Source: Diadema antillarum
Taxonomy: Eukaryota
Assembly: GCF_040938485.1 (NCBI RefSeq)
Contig: NW_027271657.1
Coordinates: 496,001-560,000 of the forward strand
Reading direction: 5' to 3'
Length of the DNA: 64,000 bases
The position numbers were made by a program, and so were the translations under genes. Each line of letters opens with the position of its first letter. Within the stretch, counting starts at the first letter, position 1. The notes beneath the pieces are model-generated. The model was not told the origin of the DNA. It saw only the letters and a list, made by a program, of their open reading frames with translations, and did not search any database. This document shows, one piece after another, positions 44,476-58,422 of the stretch.

Positions 44476-46324
44476 CTAGATGTCACACTGACCAGATGAT
44501 GGCAAATGAGTGGTCTAAAGAAGCCTCCAAGAATCCCCGTGTTCTTACTGTCTGTCCATTCATCTCCCTTCCCTCTTGCCTCCAAATAGTCCTAATAAAG
44601 ACTTCTACCACATTGTGAAGCCATAGGCCATCAGCATCAGAAACAATATCATTTACCATGTTTGTTTCTGTACAGGTACACCATAAACCTGTTTGGTCTG
44701 TGTGCTGCTTTTTATGCTAAAGTAACGGTATATAATTCAGCCATAACTAGGGGCTTCATGCCTAACAATATTCAATTTATGCACTGATTATAGCAATGCA
44801 CTTGACTCATTGTATAACCCAGTGAATCATCTGATCTTAATTTGGAAGCCCCACCCCTAGTTACGGCTGACATAAGTTACAGTGCCTTAAGACTGAATAG
44901 GTCTATAAAATGCTATATATAACAAGGGACAATACTGTGAAAGACGAAATTATTTTTTGCATGTGAATAAGATCTTTACTCTACATTCCATTAATCAACT
45001 CTTGCTTCTTTAGAAGAAAATATTAACTTTGACATTAATGCAGAATGATGGAGAGATGCAAGAGGACATTCAGAGCTCACCTAAAAAATGTCTCTCTCAA
45101 AGTGATTACTTTTGAAAGGAATAGGCATGTAAAACATTGTTATGATATGAATGTTTATGAATGTCCAATAAAGAAAGCCAATAAGATAGATGTCTGAGTT
45201 TTACTGTATTGAAAGCAAGATATCATGAAATGTACAAGTGTTATGAAATTTGATTGGAGAGGGAGCGGAAATACAGTAGTGTCATTAATATTTCAATATA
45301 CCACATAATATTAGATTTCAATTATGTACACTGACATGTTTGAAAAATACTACTCTTTTTGATTCCATGTCTCAAATCAAAATGAAACTATTAAAGAAAT
45401 GAATCAAAATTTTGTAATAAAATGCAGGTATCATAAATTGTGCTGTTGAATTAATTACCCAGCATTCCCACTGTACATCATCTGGAACTATCATTTGATT
45501 GTTGTTCCTCTGATGATCACCTGAATCAGATCCAAATAATATGCACAAACACCACATTTTCAGAGTTTTAGTCAAAATACGATCCAACTCTTCTCTACCA
45601 TGCCTCTATACATCATTTATCACGGGCCTTCAGTTCTTACAATGAAGCCATACTACATGTACAATATAAATGTTAATGAATCCAACTTGAGATTTCAGCA
45701 CATTGATTCTCATACACAGTGTACTCAGGGTAACAGCCAAAAACTATTATATAGCTGATGATACTCGAACTTTGCTACTACTTATATCCATGTTTAGATA
45801 TTTACCAAGTCTGTCTCGCCAATTCTAAATTTAACTTCATATTTACTTTGAAATGAAAATCAGGATGTAAAAATAGTCTCTGTTGAGTCACACTCAAATC
45901 TTCTACAAACAGAGACCAGTGTAGATAAATGCAACAAAGTTTAGAGGAGAATTACCATAACAGTAAAGAATAACTTAGAGTTTGGTCAATGATCATGAAA
46001 AGCACTATCACAAGGAATATAAAAGGAAGATAAAGAACTACCCATTAGCAGATTTACTGCTTGAATTATCCTGTTAGCTCTTACTGCAGAAAGGCGAGTT
46101 GGAGTAAACAGTGTGAATAGGGGAGGGGCAGTAGTGAATGCGAAGAAATGCTGGAATAAACACGATAATAAAACGGGAAACGGCATCGATGATGAATTCC
46201 TCTAATTCAGGAGCACAATTTAAAAAACTCAATAGGGCGTATATACACTCCACCACACCCTGGCAATTCACAATTCGTAAAAATAATTGGAAGGAGCTCG
46301 AAGCTCCAAGCATGTGTGTACGTC

Positions 46325-46405
46325 TGCGTGTGTGTGTGGGTGTGTGTGTGTGTGTGTGTACGCGTGCGCTCATGCGTGTGTGTGTGTATGTGTGTGTGTA
46401 CGTGT
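46325..46405. repeat. Imperfect (GT)n/(GC) microsatellite
   Basis: Directly visible. Confidence 0.9.
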
Positions 46406-49055
46406 GCGAGCGGGCTTGTGGACGGACTGCTGATTTTATTTGATGAAAAAAAAATCACATTCGAATATAAAGTGAAATATTAAAGATGTCTTTGTGTGGA
46501 AATAAATTTAAAAAAACACACACACAGAGGGTTGTCCATTATCAGTAGTGACAATGATTGTCACTTTTGATCTTCCACGTAAAATTCCGCCCCATTGGTT
46601 CAACCCCCCTCCCATTAGCAAAACGCTAGATCCGCTCCTGATATTCTATTGAAACATGTGAAACTTTGAGAATACACGTCATTGCTATTTCATGTCATTT
46701 TTTGATGAAAAAAAAAAGTAACATTCTGTTGGTCTGTTTCTACTCTAGTATTTTGTAAGGTTAACAGTCACTGACAGTTGAATATGGACTGGTATTGCCC
46801 TTTCAGATCATTCAGTGATTTGTCGTAGAATGGGGTATTATAATGCATAGGCCGAGATGGACCCATGATATAGGAAGTGAACAATAGCACATTTGACATT
46901 TCTGGTTAGCACGGAAGGCGTCTTAACTGAATACACAAACTCATATTTTGGCAACTTTGTTTGTCCAATATCTTGTGACTTATGGACGTCGTACGAACAT
47001 AGGCCTACCTTTTTGGGATGGTCACCCTACTGAAAAAACCCCCAAAAGAATACAGAGAGTAATCTAAGTGAGTAAACTAACTTCAAAGTAGGCCGCCTAA
47101 CATGAGTTTGGGATATATCAAACTTGAAGTACTAATAGCCACGTGAGTATTATTTGCGGTTTGAGTATTTTGTGTAGGAGAATTAGGATTACATAATCTC
47201 TGGATCTCACCAATGATAGAGAGTCTGACTCTGTTGTTCAATGTTTAGAACGCACTGTTGCGAGGACCATTGACCTTCGTACAGAGAGTCATTGACAAAA
47301 AATTACGAATGAGGGCAGCAAAGACTTTTGTGAGAGCGCTCTGATAAGCTTACCACATTACTCAGACAAACTCTGAATCAGCGCATTACCAGGTCAGGAT
47401 TAAACGTGCTGTGACGAAAGAATAAAACGTACATGTTTTGCATTGAAAAGAGCTTACTGACGTGAAGCCAACAAATCGGGGATATTTGCGGGTGGGCGTC
47501 AGATTATTATAGAAATTTAAGAAAGGAAAATGAAGATCTGTTCGAGGCTGTTGAAAGCACTGAATCTAACGTCCAACGAACCAAAAGCACAGATGTAGTG
47601 TTATAAAGTAAGATGACGGTCTGTGGAAGCGGTTAGTCCAAGAAATAACATTTGCCTGGGAACCCCTCCCCCCCCCCCGAAAAGCAACCAAAAAACAAAC
47701 AAAAACGAAAACAAAAACAAAAACACATTCAAATGTGGAAAAAAAATCCAACTTAACTCTAACCCCTGGCTATTAAAAGCAATTTATTGACATCAAAATA
47801 AATGTTGGATTTCGGGCTGTTTTTTTCTCTCTCTCTCTGCTCGAGCGCATTGGCAAGATGATTGGTCTGCTGTTTCTCTTTCTTTGTGTTTATTTGACAA
47901 GGTATAACATTATTACTGAGTAAATTCTTTTTCCGAAGACGTTCCAAAATGGACTAGACGCGTGATTTTACCCACTAGATTTAGAAACAGAATGTATGCA
48001 AGACAAAACATAAAGCACTTGTCTCCTGTATAGTACGGTAATCCTTTAATACTAATAACAGGTGCTCCGTAATCTTCACTTACGACGTGACGGTGCAAAG
48101 ACTAACAAGGTCAAATTAATCCCTTCGAATCCCTCGATTTTAAGGATATCAAGAAAGAATAATATTCAAACGTTAACGAGACGGTGTCAATATAAAGAAT
48201 TAGCGGACCCCACGTATTCTCTGCCGAAGTCAAAGTCATGAAGGCTACACCCCTATTGACCCTCAGCTTTTAGATTGCACATTGTCAGCTCATCCTCGGA
48301 ATCATCCCTGGATAAATATTCTAATCAAACGTCTTTTACAGGCTTGTCAGCTAAATATACAGATACTTTATACCGAATCGTATGATGTAAAGTAGATAAC
48401 GTGGCCAATCGTGATGTAGTCTTTCTCTCCATTATCATGAGTTCTATACATAATGTACTTTTATCCCGCACATAGTGGTACCTCGATTCTACCCCGCCCC
48501 CACCCCCCCCCCCAAAAAAAAAGAGAAAGAAAATTTTGATCATAATTTTGACATTGAAATAATATATCAGCCACATGATACATGCATGGCATGAAGGCAT
48601 GTTATAGAATATGGCAAGGCTGCTTTCCGTGATTATTCTCGTTTTGAAACAATTAGTGAAGAGCTCAGGAGTTCAAACTCGGTCTTTGTAACAGAAAACA
48701 AATAAGAAACGACTTCGACAGTTAGCAGTAAGATACCGATTATATCACCCTTGAGACAACTGACATTACATGCAAAAATTGCAAAACGCTGGAGTTTAAG
48801 GGAAGATGTGTTTCGTATAACATCTGAAATTGTCGAATTCACCAAGCACTGAGTTCAACGATTAACGGATGTGAGATGCCATATTTCAACTCAGCACTGC
48901 AGCATGTCATCTAATTTAACATTTAGCAATAATGAATGAAAAGATGGAGGAGAATAACAATAATAATACCTGCCTTTATCTTCGTTTAGATGTCCAGTCT
49001 GAAACTTATGGTAGAGCAGTAGCACCACTAAAAATGCTACCATGATGGATGTAGA

Positions 49056-49056
<1 letters not shown>

Positions 49057-49099
<43 letters not shown>
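49057..49099. repeat. (ATT)n microsatellite
   Basis: Directly visible; source of the poly-Ile ORF artefact. Confidence 0.95.
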
Positions 49100-49101
<2 letters not shown>

Positions 49102-50061
49102 GGTTTTCCATTCATTTTCCAACTTTTTTCAATCAATTTCACAAATTTTTACTTCAGTTACGTCGCGGGATTTCGGGAATAGGCCAATCTTACTTTCAAA
49201 TTCGTCTTTCGTCGTTCATTTTCAAATAAAGTCCATTCAATTTAGTCATTTGGCATACATTTTCGTCATTTACAGTTCAAATTCGTCAGTCTCACTCGCA
49301 GCCGGCACTCGAAACAGCAGGATCGCGATTTCGTCTTTTGTCAATCATTTTCGTTAAATTTTCATTCATATTCGTCTCATATCTCTATCCGGTGTGATTT
49401 CCCAATCATTCATGTTTTTTTCTTTTTCTGAAACCGTTCACATTTTACATTCAGGAGTTAACATACACACAAGTGCCCCCCCCCCCCCCCACACACACAG
49501 AACCACAGATACAGACACACACACAAGCAATCCGAGTACACACTGTATATACAAACAGCGCATACGAAAACACTGACAAACGATTTCTAGGCAAACATGA
49601 TTAAAGACAAAATTTTAAGTGTAGAATTTTAGCCTGTTTAATGTCAAAGAATGGATAACATAATTATGGTAGCCATGTTTTTCGTGTGTATTGTCTAAGC
49701 AAATGGTTAGGGAATAATGTGTAACGATGCAATTTACGAGAGAAAGTAAAAATATGTCGGCTTAAAGTTGGTTCACCCTCAAAATGAAGAACCGACAACA
49801 TCTGGCTAATTTGAATTAAAGAGTCATGAAATTTTGTGAACAAAAACGAATTTAATCTTCACATTCTGCGATCCGTCAGCGGGAGGGATAAATTTCAATG
49901 ACAATAGACGATTTTGAATGCTATGTCTTCGAAAATGTTTGACGAAAAACGAATTACAATGACAATTGACGAAATTGAAGTTAGGATTTGCGTTCCACGC
50001 GCTTCTCGGGACGAAATTGAATAATAAATCTTTGAAACTGAATGACAAGAGTGCGAAAACG

Positions 50062-50192
50062 NNNNNNNNNNNNNNNNNNNNNNNNNNNNNNNNNNNNNNN
50101 NNNNNNNNNNNNNNNNNNNNNNNNNNNNNNNNNNNNNNNNNNNNNNNNNNNNNNNNNNNNNNNNNNNNNNNNNNNNNNNNNNNNNNNNNNNN
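50062..50192. other. Assembly gap (131 N)
   Basis: Run of N. Confidence 1.
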
Positions 50193-53100
50193 CATCAATT
50201 CATCCCACGACATTATCATGGATCTAGTCCCAATCAGCGAAGTCAAAAAGGCTCGCCATCTCTCTAGACGTCGATCACCCCACAATCAAATACAAGAAGT
50301 GACAGGAAAGAAGACATCATCTCATTAGTCATCATTACAGTTCCATGTTGATTTGTGTGTGGGCGATCCTGATGGGAAACGGCGTCTTTAGAGGAAATTA
50401 TGTGAAGGGGATTACGGATAATGGCTATAAGTCACCGAAATAGCTTTACCCATGAAATCTAAGTATGACTTGCTGACCGTCACTATGGTTACGAATACTC
50501 GTACAAGACTGAATCTCGGCTAGCTGTAGCAAAAAGGTAGTCCCTAGCTGCTCGACCGGGTTTCCGGGTCTCCCTGCATGCTTTATATCTAGAAAGGACA
50601 GAGTGACATGGCTTGGTAATCATTCATTCAATGACGGCATTTCTCCCTTCTATGGAACTGACTAAAAAAGAGGAGTGTCTGTAAATAAGTAGCTTATACT
50701 TGCCCATGGGTCTACCTTTGCCCCTATAGGCCTCATGTCATGCGCTACGGTTTGGTGGTTTTAAAATCAGCAGTTATATCTCAGGAATGTGGGCTTAGTG
50801 TTGACTTCCATAGTTTGCCCTTCCAGGTTATTATTCCCAGAGTTATTTGGCGGCGGCGTTATTTCAATTGTGTTTGGTTATTTTCGTGATTCCTCTTGCA
50901 GTTATTGACATCTGCCCACTTTGCTTATATCGCTGTAACCTATTCGGTGAAATCAAACAGATAGGAAAGAACGAGACACAATTCCACCAAAGAGCTTTAA
51001 ACATTAAGAGCTTCTTGATTCTAAGCGAAGGCGTGTTTGCCGAGGCGGTGAATAACTCAAAAGCCTGATCATCTGTACAGTTTGTGCACCGGGTGAAGCA
51101 AAACAGACACGCAGGACCAGTGTGCAGCTATAGTGTGGCAATGGATACTTGATTCTGACATTGTGGATTGTACGTAGACAAACTCATTTATCCCCCTGGA
51201 TTGAGGACTACTAGTACTCGATTGTCATAGTGCGTCATCGAATGTAGATATGAATTTGTAACTTTTCGGAACCTGTTCTGTCTGACCTGATTGAAAGGAT
51301 GTAGATGTCCACCTAATCATGGTGTGTTCTTCAGTTGCGATTAGAAGACAATGAATCACAACGTGTCAACGAGAATGGACACGCAGGACGCTATTTTGCA
51401 GTCATTGAGGTAGTTTCTTCCGATATACCAACGCAACGTCTCCATCTTCTGAAGCCCTCGATCATATCAAAATTGTTTGAAAGATTGCGGCTATCAACAC
51501 TTCAATAATCCTTCCATACTCTTCGTCATTTGCCTTACATGCTCGAAACGTCATGAATTTTTGACAATAACATTACTATCATTACTAAAAGTGTCAATAA
51601 GGGATGAGGAAATGCGATGTCGATATTGCCACTAGTCAATTACTAAACAAGCACACTAGAATGACTACTTGGAGATTTGCCATCTAACACCCTCCAGCGG
51701 ACCCTTTGGATTGATTATCATGCAATAAGGATCCATGAGGAATGTTTCAAACAGAACAATGAAAAGCTATTTACAGTTCAGCTTGCACGATCCGTTCAGA
51801 ATACCATCAATATCATAATCATAAAATTCGATCATAGTTTGGTCCCAGTAGAGACAGCCAACCATCTCTGGTATGCAGTGTTTAGGCCTACACAGACAAA
51901 ACTGGAATACATTTCCGCCACCAGGAGGGCTCCTAAATGTGCGAGAGGTTTCCACCACTGGTTGATTTGTTATGATCTCTGCCCCATTTGATCTGCCTTT
52001 TACGCTTGTTGCACTCAGACTGATATTTGTTTACGTCCTGCACTCTTTGCCTGTATGAGTTGGTATTGAAAAAGGAGAGGAAAAAAGAGACAGCTGCAGT
52101 ATTAGGACCGTAGGTATGTGGCACTCGCCTACGCTTGAACCTACGCACTAACTGGTGACTTGCCTCGACATAGGTCAGGTACTAGAGCAAAACCATTGGA
52201 TGTCATCTCAGGGGCACGGAGTGACACTGATCGGGGGAGTTCTGCGATGATAAATCGTGTTTAATTCCTCCTCGCTCGAGAAGACTCTTACCAAGACGCG
52301 TCATTTCAGCTCTACGAGTGTGCAGCGAAGAACAGACGAATGCGGAATTCCGCCGCGAGGTGTATCGAGATATTCCGGTTAAAAGATTTTGGAAATACAA
52401 CTATTGGATATCGAGCGAAATATAGGCAAGGGCATTGCCTCATAGAAGGCTGTAAATACGCCTGAGTCTGTTCGTGTTTGTTTTACACTACAAACTGAGT
52501 GGCACATTACGATTTACCCTCCCAGTTGAACTGGAGTCGTCTGCTTAATTCTTCAGTTACAGAGGTAAGGACTCACTATCAAACAATTTGACGATAGTTC
52601 TTCAATCAACGACCAAGTTTCTTCCATGCTGCAGTTTGCTGGACCTCTTCAATTACTTCATGTCATCTCATTCGATCAATAGAGCAGCAAGCTGTCTGCT
52701 AAATTCTCAAAGAAAGCTCGGAAGCGCGCCCCAATGAGCAGTGCACTGTTTACTGTCTGAATGCAAAGCTATGATACAATAAAGTCATGAAATCAGCTGA
52801 TTGCTTCGAGCTCTATTTTACATCAAAACAAAGCTCTGCATGCTCCACGCTGTTTTATGTTCTCATTACTGGCCTGATCGTGACGTGAAAGGAATTTTTC
52901 GCCAAACTTGCAAGATCACTCAAAGAACCACTCAAGGCATCAGAAAGCACCTGCCATTGACATTACGTAAACTTTGCAATTACCGGAAGTTTGGAAGCTG
53001 TGATTCAAGACAGCTTTGTATCGGAAAGGGGCTTGCGTTTCAACAATGCAACTGTTCAAGAAACGATTGAGACTGCAGGGATGGACTGTGCAACGTGAGA

Positions 53101-53455
53101 TATAATATGACTTGTTCGGTCGGTTTGGAAAACTCACCGTTTATTATCAGGCTTTGAGCGTCATCTACACACGAGTGGAATGATTTTGCTGTGTATTTGA
53201 TAACATTTAACTTTCTCAACAATATTGATATTGCGAAATCTGTAAGCCGTGTGGATGTTATCGCTCGCAAACAATGACTATTTTATTTGTTTGCTCGAGG
53301 GATCCACTGAATTCGTATTCATCATTGCTGTGCCGTTTAATTCTCAGTGCGTTGCACTGTAGGTAAAAACGCCTCTAGTATTGTCCAGCGAAAAATTACC
53401 TTCGCTTCGAGGCCAGTTTTGGCATTATTCCTATCAGCTCCAATACCCAGCCACA

Positions 53456-53645
53456 ATGCCCGATATAGCAAACAAGCGTCGCACGTCTCGGATATCAGTG
53501 TCCAAACTCAACAGGCCGTTTCCACTGCAGTCGCCGGACTTTGTGAAAAAGTTGAATCCAGACAAACTGGGACAGAAACTGAATCCACATCTCGGGAAGC
53601 GGTTTTGGACGTCCATCGGCAACATGTGGTCCAGAATTTACAATG
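53456..53645 (+). CDS. Putative first coding exon of an unidentified gene (63 codons + 1 nt)
   Basis: CCACAATGC start context, open frame MPDIANKRR...WSRIYN, consensus donor AATG|GTGAGT at 53646. Preceded by ~1.2 kb of GC-richer, repeat-poor leader-like sequence with another donor GAG|GTAAGG at 52565. No downstream exon recognised in the window. Confidence 0.4.
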
Positions 53646-54861
53646 GTGAGTTTGACACTTAAAAAACTTCCTTAGTGTACGCCAAATATGAACTACCACA
53701 GTGAGATGCCTTGATAAGGAACTAGTAACAATATTTTAACACTCAGCTATTCATCAATGTCTAGAGGAGTCGAGAACAGACTGTCGTAAATTCCTCATAA
53801 ATACACCACTGTTAAGGTACGTAATAAACATAAGCAAACAGCAATTGTTTCTTTACGATTATTGTTATATCAACGGGGCGAGCACGTCCCGTGGGTTCGT
53901 AGGGCGGAGGCAGGAAGGGGGAATCCCCCGAGCTACCCTCAGTTATTTCTTAACACCGGGCGTGTACACTTCTTTGAAGAGTTTCACCAATCAATATTGA
54001 CAATAATGTTTTGAATAGAAATACTTGAAAAAGCAAAACTTAAAATATGACTTTACTGTGTACAACCATCGATTTCGCAAAACATTATACAGTTGTACTG
54101 GCACCGAGTGACAAACTTATAACATTCAAGGTAATCATCAAGAGGAAATAGATTGGTCTGAATTTGGAGACTAATTAATGGGGGAACGGGCGTGACCTCT
54201 ACACCTCGGCCTCATCTCCCGGTTCCCTAGCCTCAAAGTTTTAGCGTATGAGTGCTACGTACGTTAGATCTCCATGGTTTTTAGACATCTCCGTATCGTT
54301 GAAATCCGAGAGCTAAGTATTTAATTCGTGCCTAGGAAAATATAGATACGCAATTATTAGTCATCACTGCAGCTGGAGACACGGGTGCTGCTGATAAGAA
54401 AATATGTACTGATATTCGAAGTGAGTGTATCACTATATGATTAATATCTTCACCCTATACAGCTGTGATGCTTTCACCAAAGATAATCGTTAATTATTAG
54501 TGTTCTGTGTCAATATTTAGTTACACGGCTGAGTCATTGTTTCATTGTTTAGTGTCTATGAAGACTGACTGGTTTAAGTCGCCTCGTTACGAGATCTCTA
54601 TGACAATAGACTGCATGTTAAACTTAGTATGCCACGTGAGTTGCTCATTTTTGCTGCCAACAAGCACATTTGATTTGGCAGCCAACAATTCCTGTAACTT
54701 ATCAGCCAAAATAAATGAACAACATGCTATTTTTGGCATTGTTATACTCACATCAAGGAACTCATCGTCTCTTCAATGATGATGACATACAGTACGTGTA
54801 AACACATTATTGTTATTGTGGCTCAAAATAAGACAGAAACTCTTGATTTTTGTATGTTTGC

Positions 54862-55024
54862 TACTGTCTAAAAGAAATCGAGTGAAAATATTTACTCTTG
54901 AAGGAGTGAATGCAAAAAAGAGTGAATGTAGAGTGAAAATGGAGTGAATTTTGAGTGAAAATGTTCATTTTCACTCGTTTTAGAGTGACCTCAGGGATCA
55001 CTCCAAAGAGTCTTTTCAAGAGAG
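54862..55024. mobile_element. Half copy of the GAGTGAA-repeat MITE
   Basis: Aligns to the arm of 58423-58723. Confidence 0.7.
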
Positions 55025-55879
55025 CAAATTCAATCCACCAAAATTAATAATTCATTGCGGCTGAATCATAAGATTTTACGTGGTTTGATGGCATTGTTTA
55101 CGTTTATTGGGATTTACCGATGTCATTAAAGAAATAATGTTGTACTTGCGAAAGACATACACTTTTGACAATTGGGGATTACTTTTTAACGCATTGTGCA
55201 TTTTCTTTTGTTGACTACAACTATATTCTCAGTAAATTGCACAGTATTTTGTCTTTGGTCCCTCTTCTCTTCTGTTTTTTTTTTCTTCTTTCTCTTTCCT
55301 TCCCTTTTCTTCACCCAGGGGCGGATCTAGCTTTTTTCCAAGGGAGGGGTTTGAGGGGCTGAGCTGGGTATTGCGAGGGAGCGTAGCGACCAAGCCCGAG
55401 CGAGCGAAGCGAGCGAGGGGGGGGGGGGGAGGGTGTGGGAGGGGGGTATCCCCCCTCCCACAGTAGGGAGATTTTTCATTTTTAGGGTTGCCAGCTTGCG
55501 ATTTTAAGCATACTTACATGCTCTATTTTTTTTCTTTTTTGCCGACCCTGGCTCCGCGGTCCCTGGGTTTGTGATGTCCCAATGGCGATGCAGAGCATCG
55601 TCCACAAGGCGATGTCTGTGAGCCGCGTGGAGCCGCGTGGCGTCGCGCCGATTTTTTTTTTTTTTAGCTATTTGAACCCCGTAAGTGATGTTTTCCTGGC
55701 ATCTACTAACGTAATGGAGAACATAAAAAGCAGTCCATGATATTACGTCTTATTAGAATAAGATCAAATAACAGTTTAAAACAGGCGCGCCGGAAGCAGT
55801 TTTGGATTGGGGGGGGGGGGGGGGGGGGGCAAACATTGGAGGGGGCTCAAGATTAGACCATGCATATGTTACACAATAT

Positions 55880-55918
55880 ACACATACACACACACACACA
55901 CGCACACGCACACACATC

Positions 55919-55965
<47 letters not shown>
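55880..55965. repeat. (CA)n and (TA)n microsatellites
   Basis: Directly visible. Confidence 0.95.
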
Positions 55966-55967
<2 letters not shown>

Positions 55968-56179
55968 AAGTGGCGTACGGTGGGTCGAAACATGGGGGGA
56001 ACCAAAGTAAATAAAGTAATTTTGACGGTCTGTATGCTTGTGCGTGTGTGCGTGAGCAATAATGGGACTACAATACATTACGGAATGTGATACATTCAAC
56101 AACGCAGTCATTGAGGAACATTGTAAGTTTTCCTTACATGGATTATGGAATGACGGTGTGAAACGATCGACAAATTATA

Positions 56180-57070
56180 TACTGTCAGCAACATAAGGTG
56201 AATGGCATAACAATAAAATGCGAGCGAGCGAAGCGAGCGAGCTTGAAAATTTTGATATTCTGCAGTTCCAAAACTGGAGTTTTGTAGCTATATATTTTGT
56301 TTTGGAAATAAATGGGAGCGCATCGGGCGCAACTGCTGGCAATTATTGGCAGCAACATTAGGAGAATGGCATAACGATTCAATGCGAGCGAGCGAAGCGA
56401 GCAAGCTTGAAAATTTTGACATTCTACAGTCCCAAAAAGGGGTTTGTAGCTACAGTATATCTTTCACTTTGGAAATTAATGGGGCGGCGCATCGGGCGCA
56501 ACTGCTGGCAATTACTGGCAGCAACATTAGGAGAATGGCATAACGATTCAATGCGAGCGAGCAAAGCGAGCGAGCTTGAGAATTTTGACATTTTACAGTC
56601 CAAAAACTCCCGTTTGTAGCTATATCTTTCGCTTTGGAAATTAAGGGGGGGGGGGCATCGGGCGCAACTGCTGGCAATTACTGGCAGTAACGTTAGGAGA
56701 GTGGCATAACGATTCAATGCGAGCGAGCGAAGCGAGCGAGCTTGAAAATTTTGACATGTTACAGTCCAAAAACTCCCGTTTGTAGCTATATTTATCTTTC
56801 GCTTTGGAAATTAAGGGGTGGGGGCATCGGGCGCAACTAATGGCAATTACTGTCAGCAACATTAGGAGAATGGCATAACGATTCAATGCGAGCGAGCTTG
56901 AAAATTTTGACATTCTAGAGTCCAACAACTGCCGTCGTAGCTATGTTTTTCGCTTTAGAAATTAAGGGGGAGGCGCACCGGGCTCAACTGCTGGATGCGA
57001 GCGAGCGAAGCGAGCGAGCTTGAAAATTTTGACATTTTACAGTCCAAAAGCTGCCGTTTGTAGCTATATT
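56180..57070 (+). repeat. Tandem array of ~167-bp units (5 plus a partial)
   Basis: (A/G)TGGCATAAC recurs at 56202, 56366, 56535, 56701 and 56870 (periods 164-169). Confidence 0.95.
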
Positions 57071-57791
57071 TTTTCCCTTTTATTCATATATATACATATT
57101 TATTTTATTTTATTTGTTTATTCATTTATTTTTGGCAGCCCAAGGGGGGGGGGGGGGGTTTAAACCCCCTAAACCCCCCCCCCCCCCGTAGATCCGCCAC
57201 TGTCACCTCTCCTGCTTATGGTCTATCTCCTTCACCCTTTCTATACCGAATCTTCCTTCCGATCTGTTGATGTTAACTTTGCTCTCTCCATATTTATGTA
57301 TCATTCAAACCACACTATATAGATAACACAGATATGTGATAGATCATTCAACTTTATGATTATACATGATATTTATGACAGATAGGGTACAATTCGACAC
57401 GTGTACTGTGAGAGATCGAAGTCTATACGAATGCACTCGGATGTCTGAGGCTCAGCTTGATATCATGACATCTTGTCATAACTGTCAACCGATTAATATT
57501 GTACAACACAGAAATTACATAAGGATTTTTGTGTACGTGCAAGAAAATCTTTAGAATTTTCTGTATTGCCCGACTGATAAATGCGTATACTAATAATAAG
57601 AATAAAAAATAACAAATTTCAATCAAAACAAACTAAAAGAGATAAACCAGACCTGAGCATGTGAAATATAAGAATAAATGGTTAAATGAAACAAAAAGTA
57701 TACAAAGAACACTATCTTACGTAACCATCAGCCAGGAAAGAGTTAAATGCTTGTGATGGCCTATATGCATGGCGATTGCTGACACTTGATT

Positions 57792-58369
57792 TTAAAGGAC
57801 AAGTTCACCTTCATAAACACAAGGATTGAGAAAATGCAACAATATTAGTAGAACACATCAGTGAAAGTTTGAGGAAAATTGGACAATCGATGCAAAAGTT
57901 ATGAATTTTTTAAATTTTTGTGTTGGAACCGCTGGATGAGGAGACTACTACAGCTTGTGAGTCATATGCGTACAACAGTATAAAGAAAATATAAAAGAAA
58001 ATTCAACATATTTTCACTTTTTTTCGCATAATAAAAGAGCAATTGACTTGCCTCTTTCTAAAGGCAGGGGGAATAATATTACCCATAACATTTATCGGTA
58101 ACGAGTCAGGGGAATGTGTACTTTTTTCAAAAGATGGAATTTTGTGAAATTCTCTTTATATTTTCCTTATATTGTTGTACGCATGTGGCATCTAAGTTAT
58201 TCATACACTGCAGTAGTCTTCTCATCCAGCGGGTACTGCACAAAAACTTCAAAAATTCATAACTTTTGAACGGATTGTCTGATTTTCCTCAAATTTTCAA
58301 TGATGTGTTCTACTAATATTGCTACATTCTCTCAATCCTTATGTTTATGAAGGTGAACTTGTCCTTTAA
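57792..58369. mobile_element. Kolobok-type foldback MITE, family C (578 bp)
   Basis: TTAAAGGACAAGTTCACCTTCATAAAC / GTTTATGAAGGTGAACTTGTCCTTTAA. Imperfect inverted arms extend ~200 bp. Confidence 0.9.
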
Positions 58370-58422
58370 GTTCTGTAACACAGGAATCCAGGACAAAAGT
58401 AGCAGCTAGCGTTTTTTAAACG

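Larger units (their letters stand above)
55316..57202. mobile_element. 1.9-kb non-autonomous DNA element, 15-bp TIR, 5-bp TSD, with internal tandem array
   Basis: TCACC|CAGGGGCGGATCTAG ... GTAGATCCGCCACTG|TCACC. GCGAGCGAAGCGAGC motifs and nested microsatellites inside. A lone related right end TAGATCCGCTCCTG sits at ~46627-46640. Confidence 0.8.

Noticed and set aside
49824-50328. Long ORFs of 120-153 aa
   Set aside because: They span the N-gap. The flanks are TTCGTC/GACGAA-rich repeat sequence.
53040-53270. Minus-strand exon with donor ACG|GTGAGT at ~53137, suggesting a divergent gene
   Set aside because: No ATG-led frame, no downstream minus-strand exons found between 46 and 53 kb, and a lone donor motif is expected by chance.
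56180-57070. Several overlapping 60-97 aa ORFs with repeated peptides on both strands
   Set aside because: Translation artefacts of the 167-bp tandem array.
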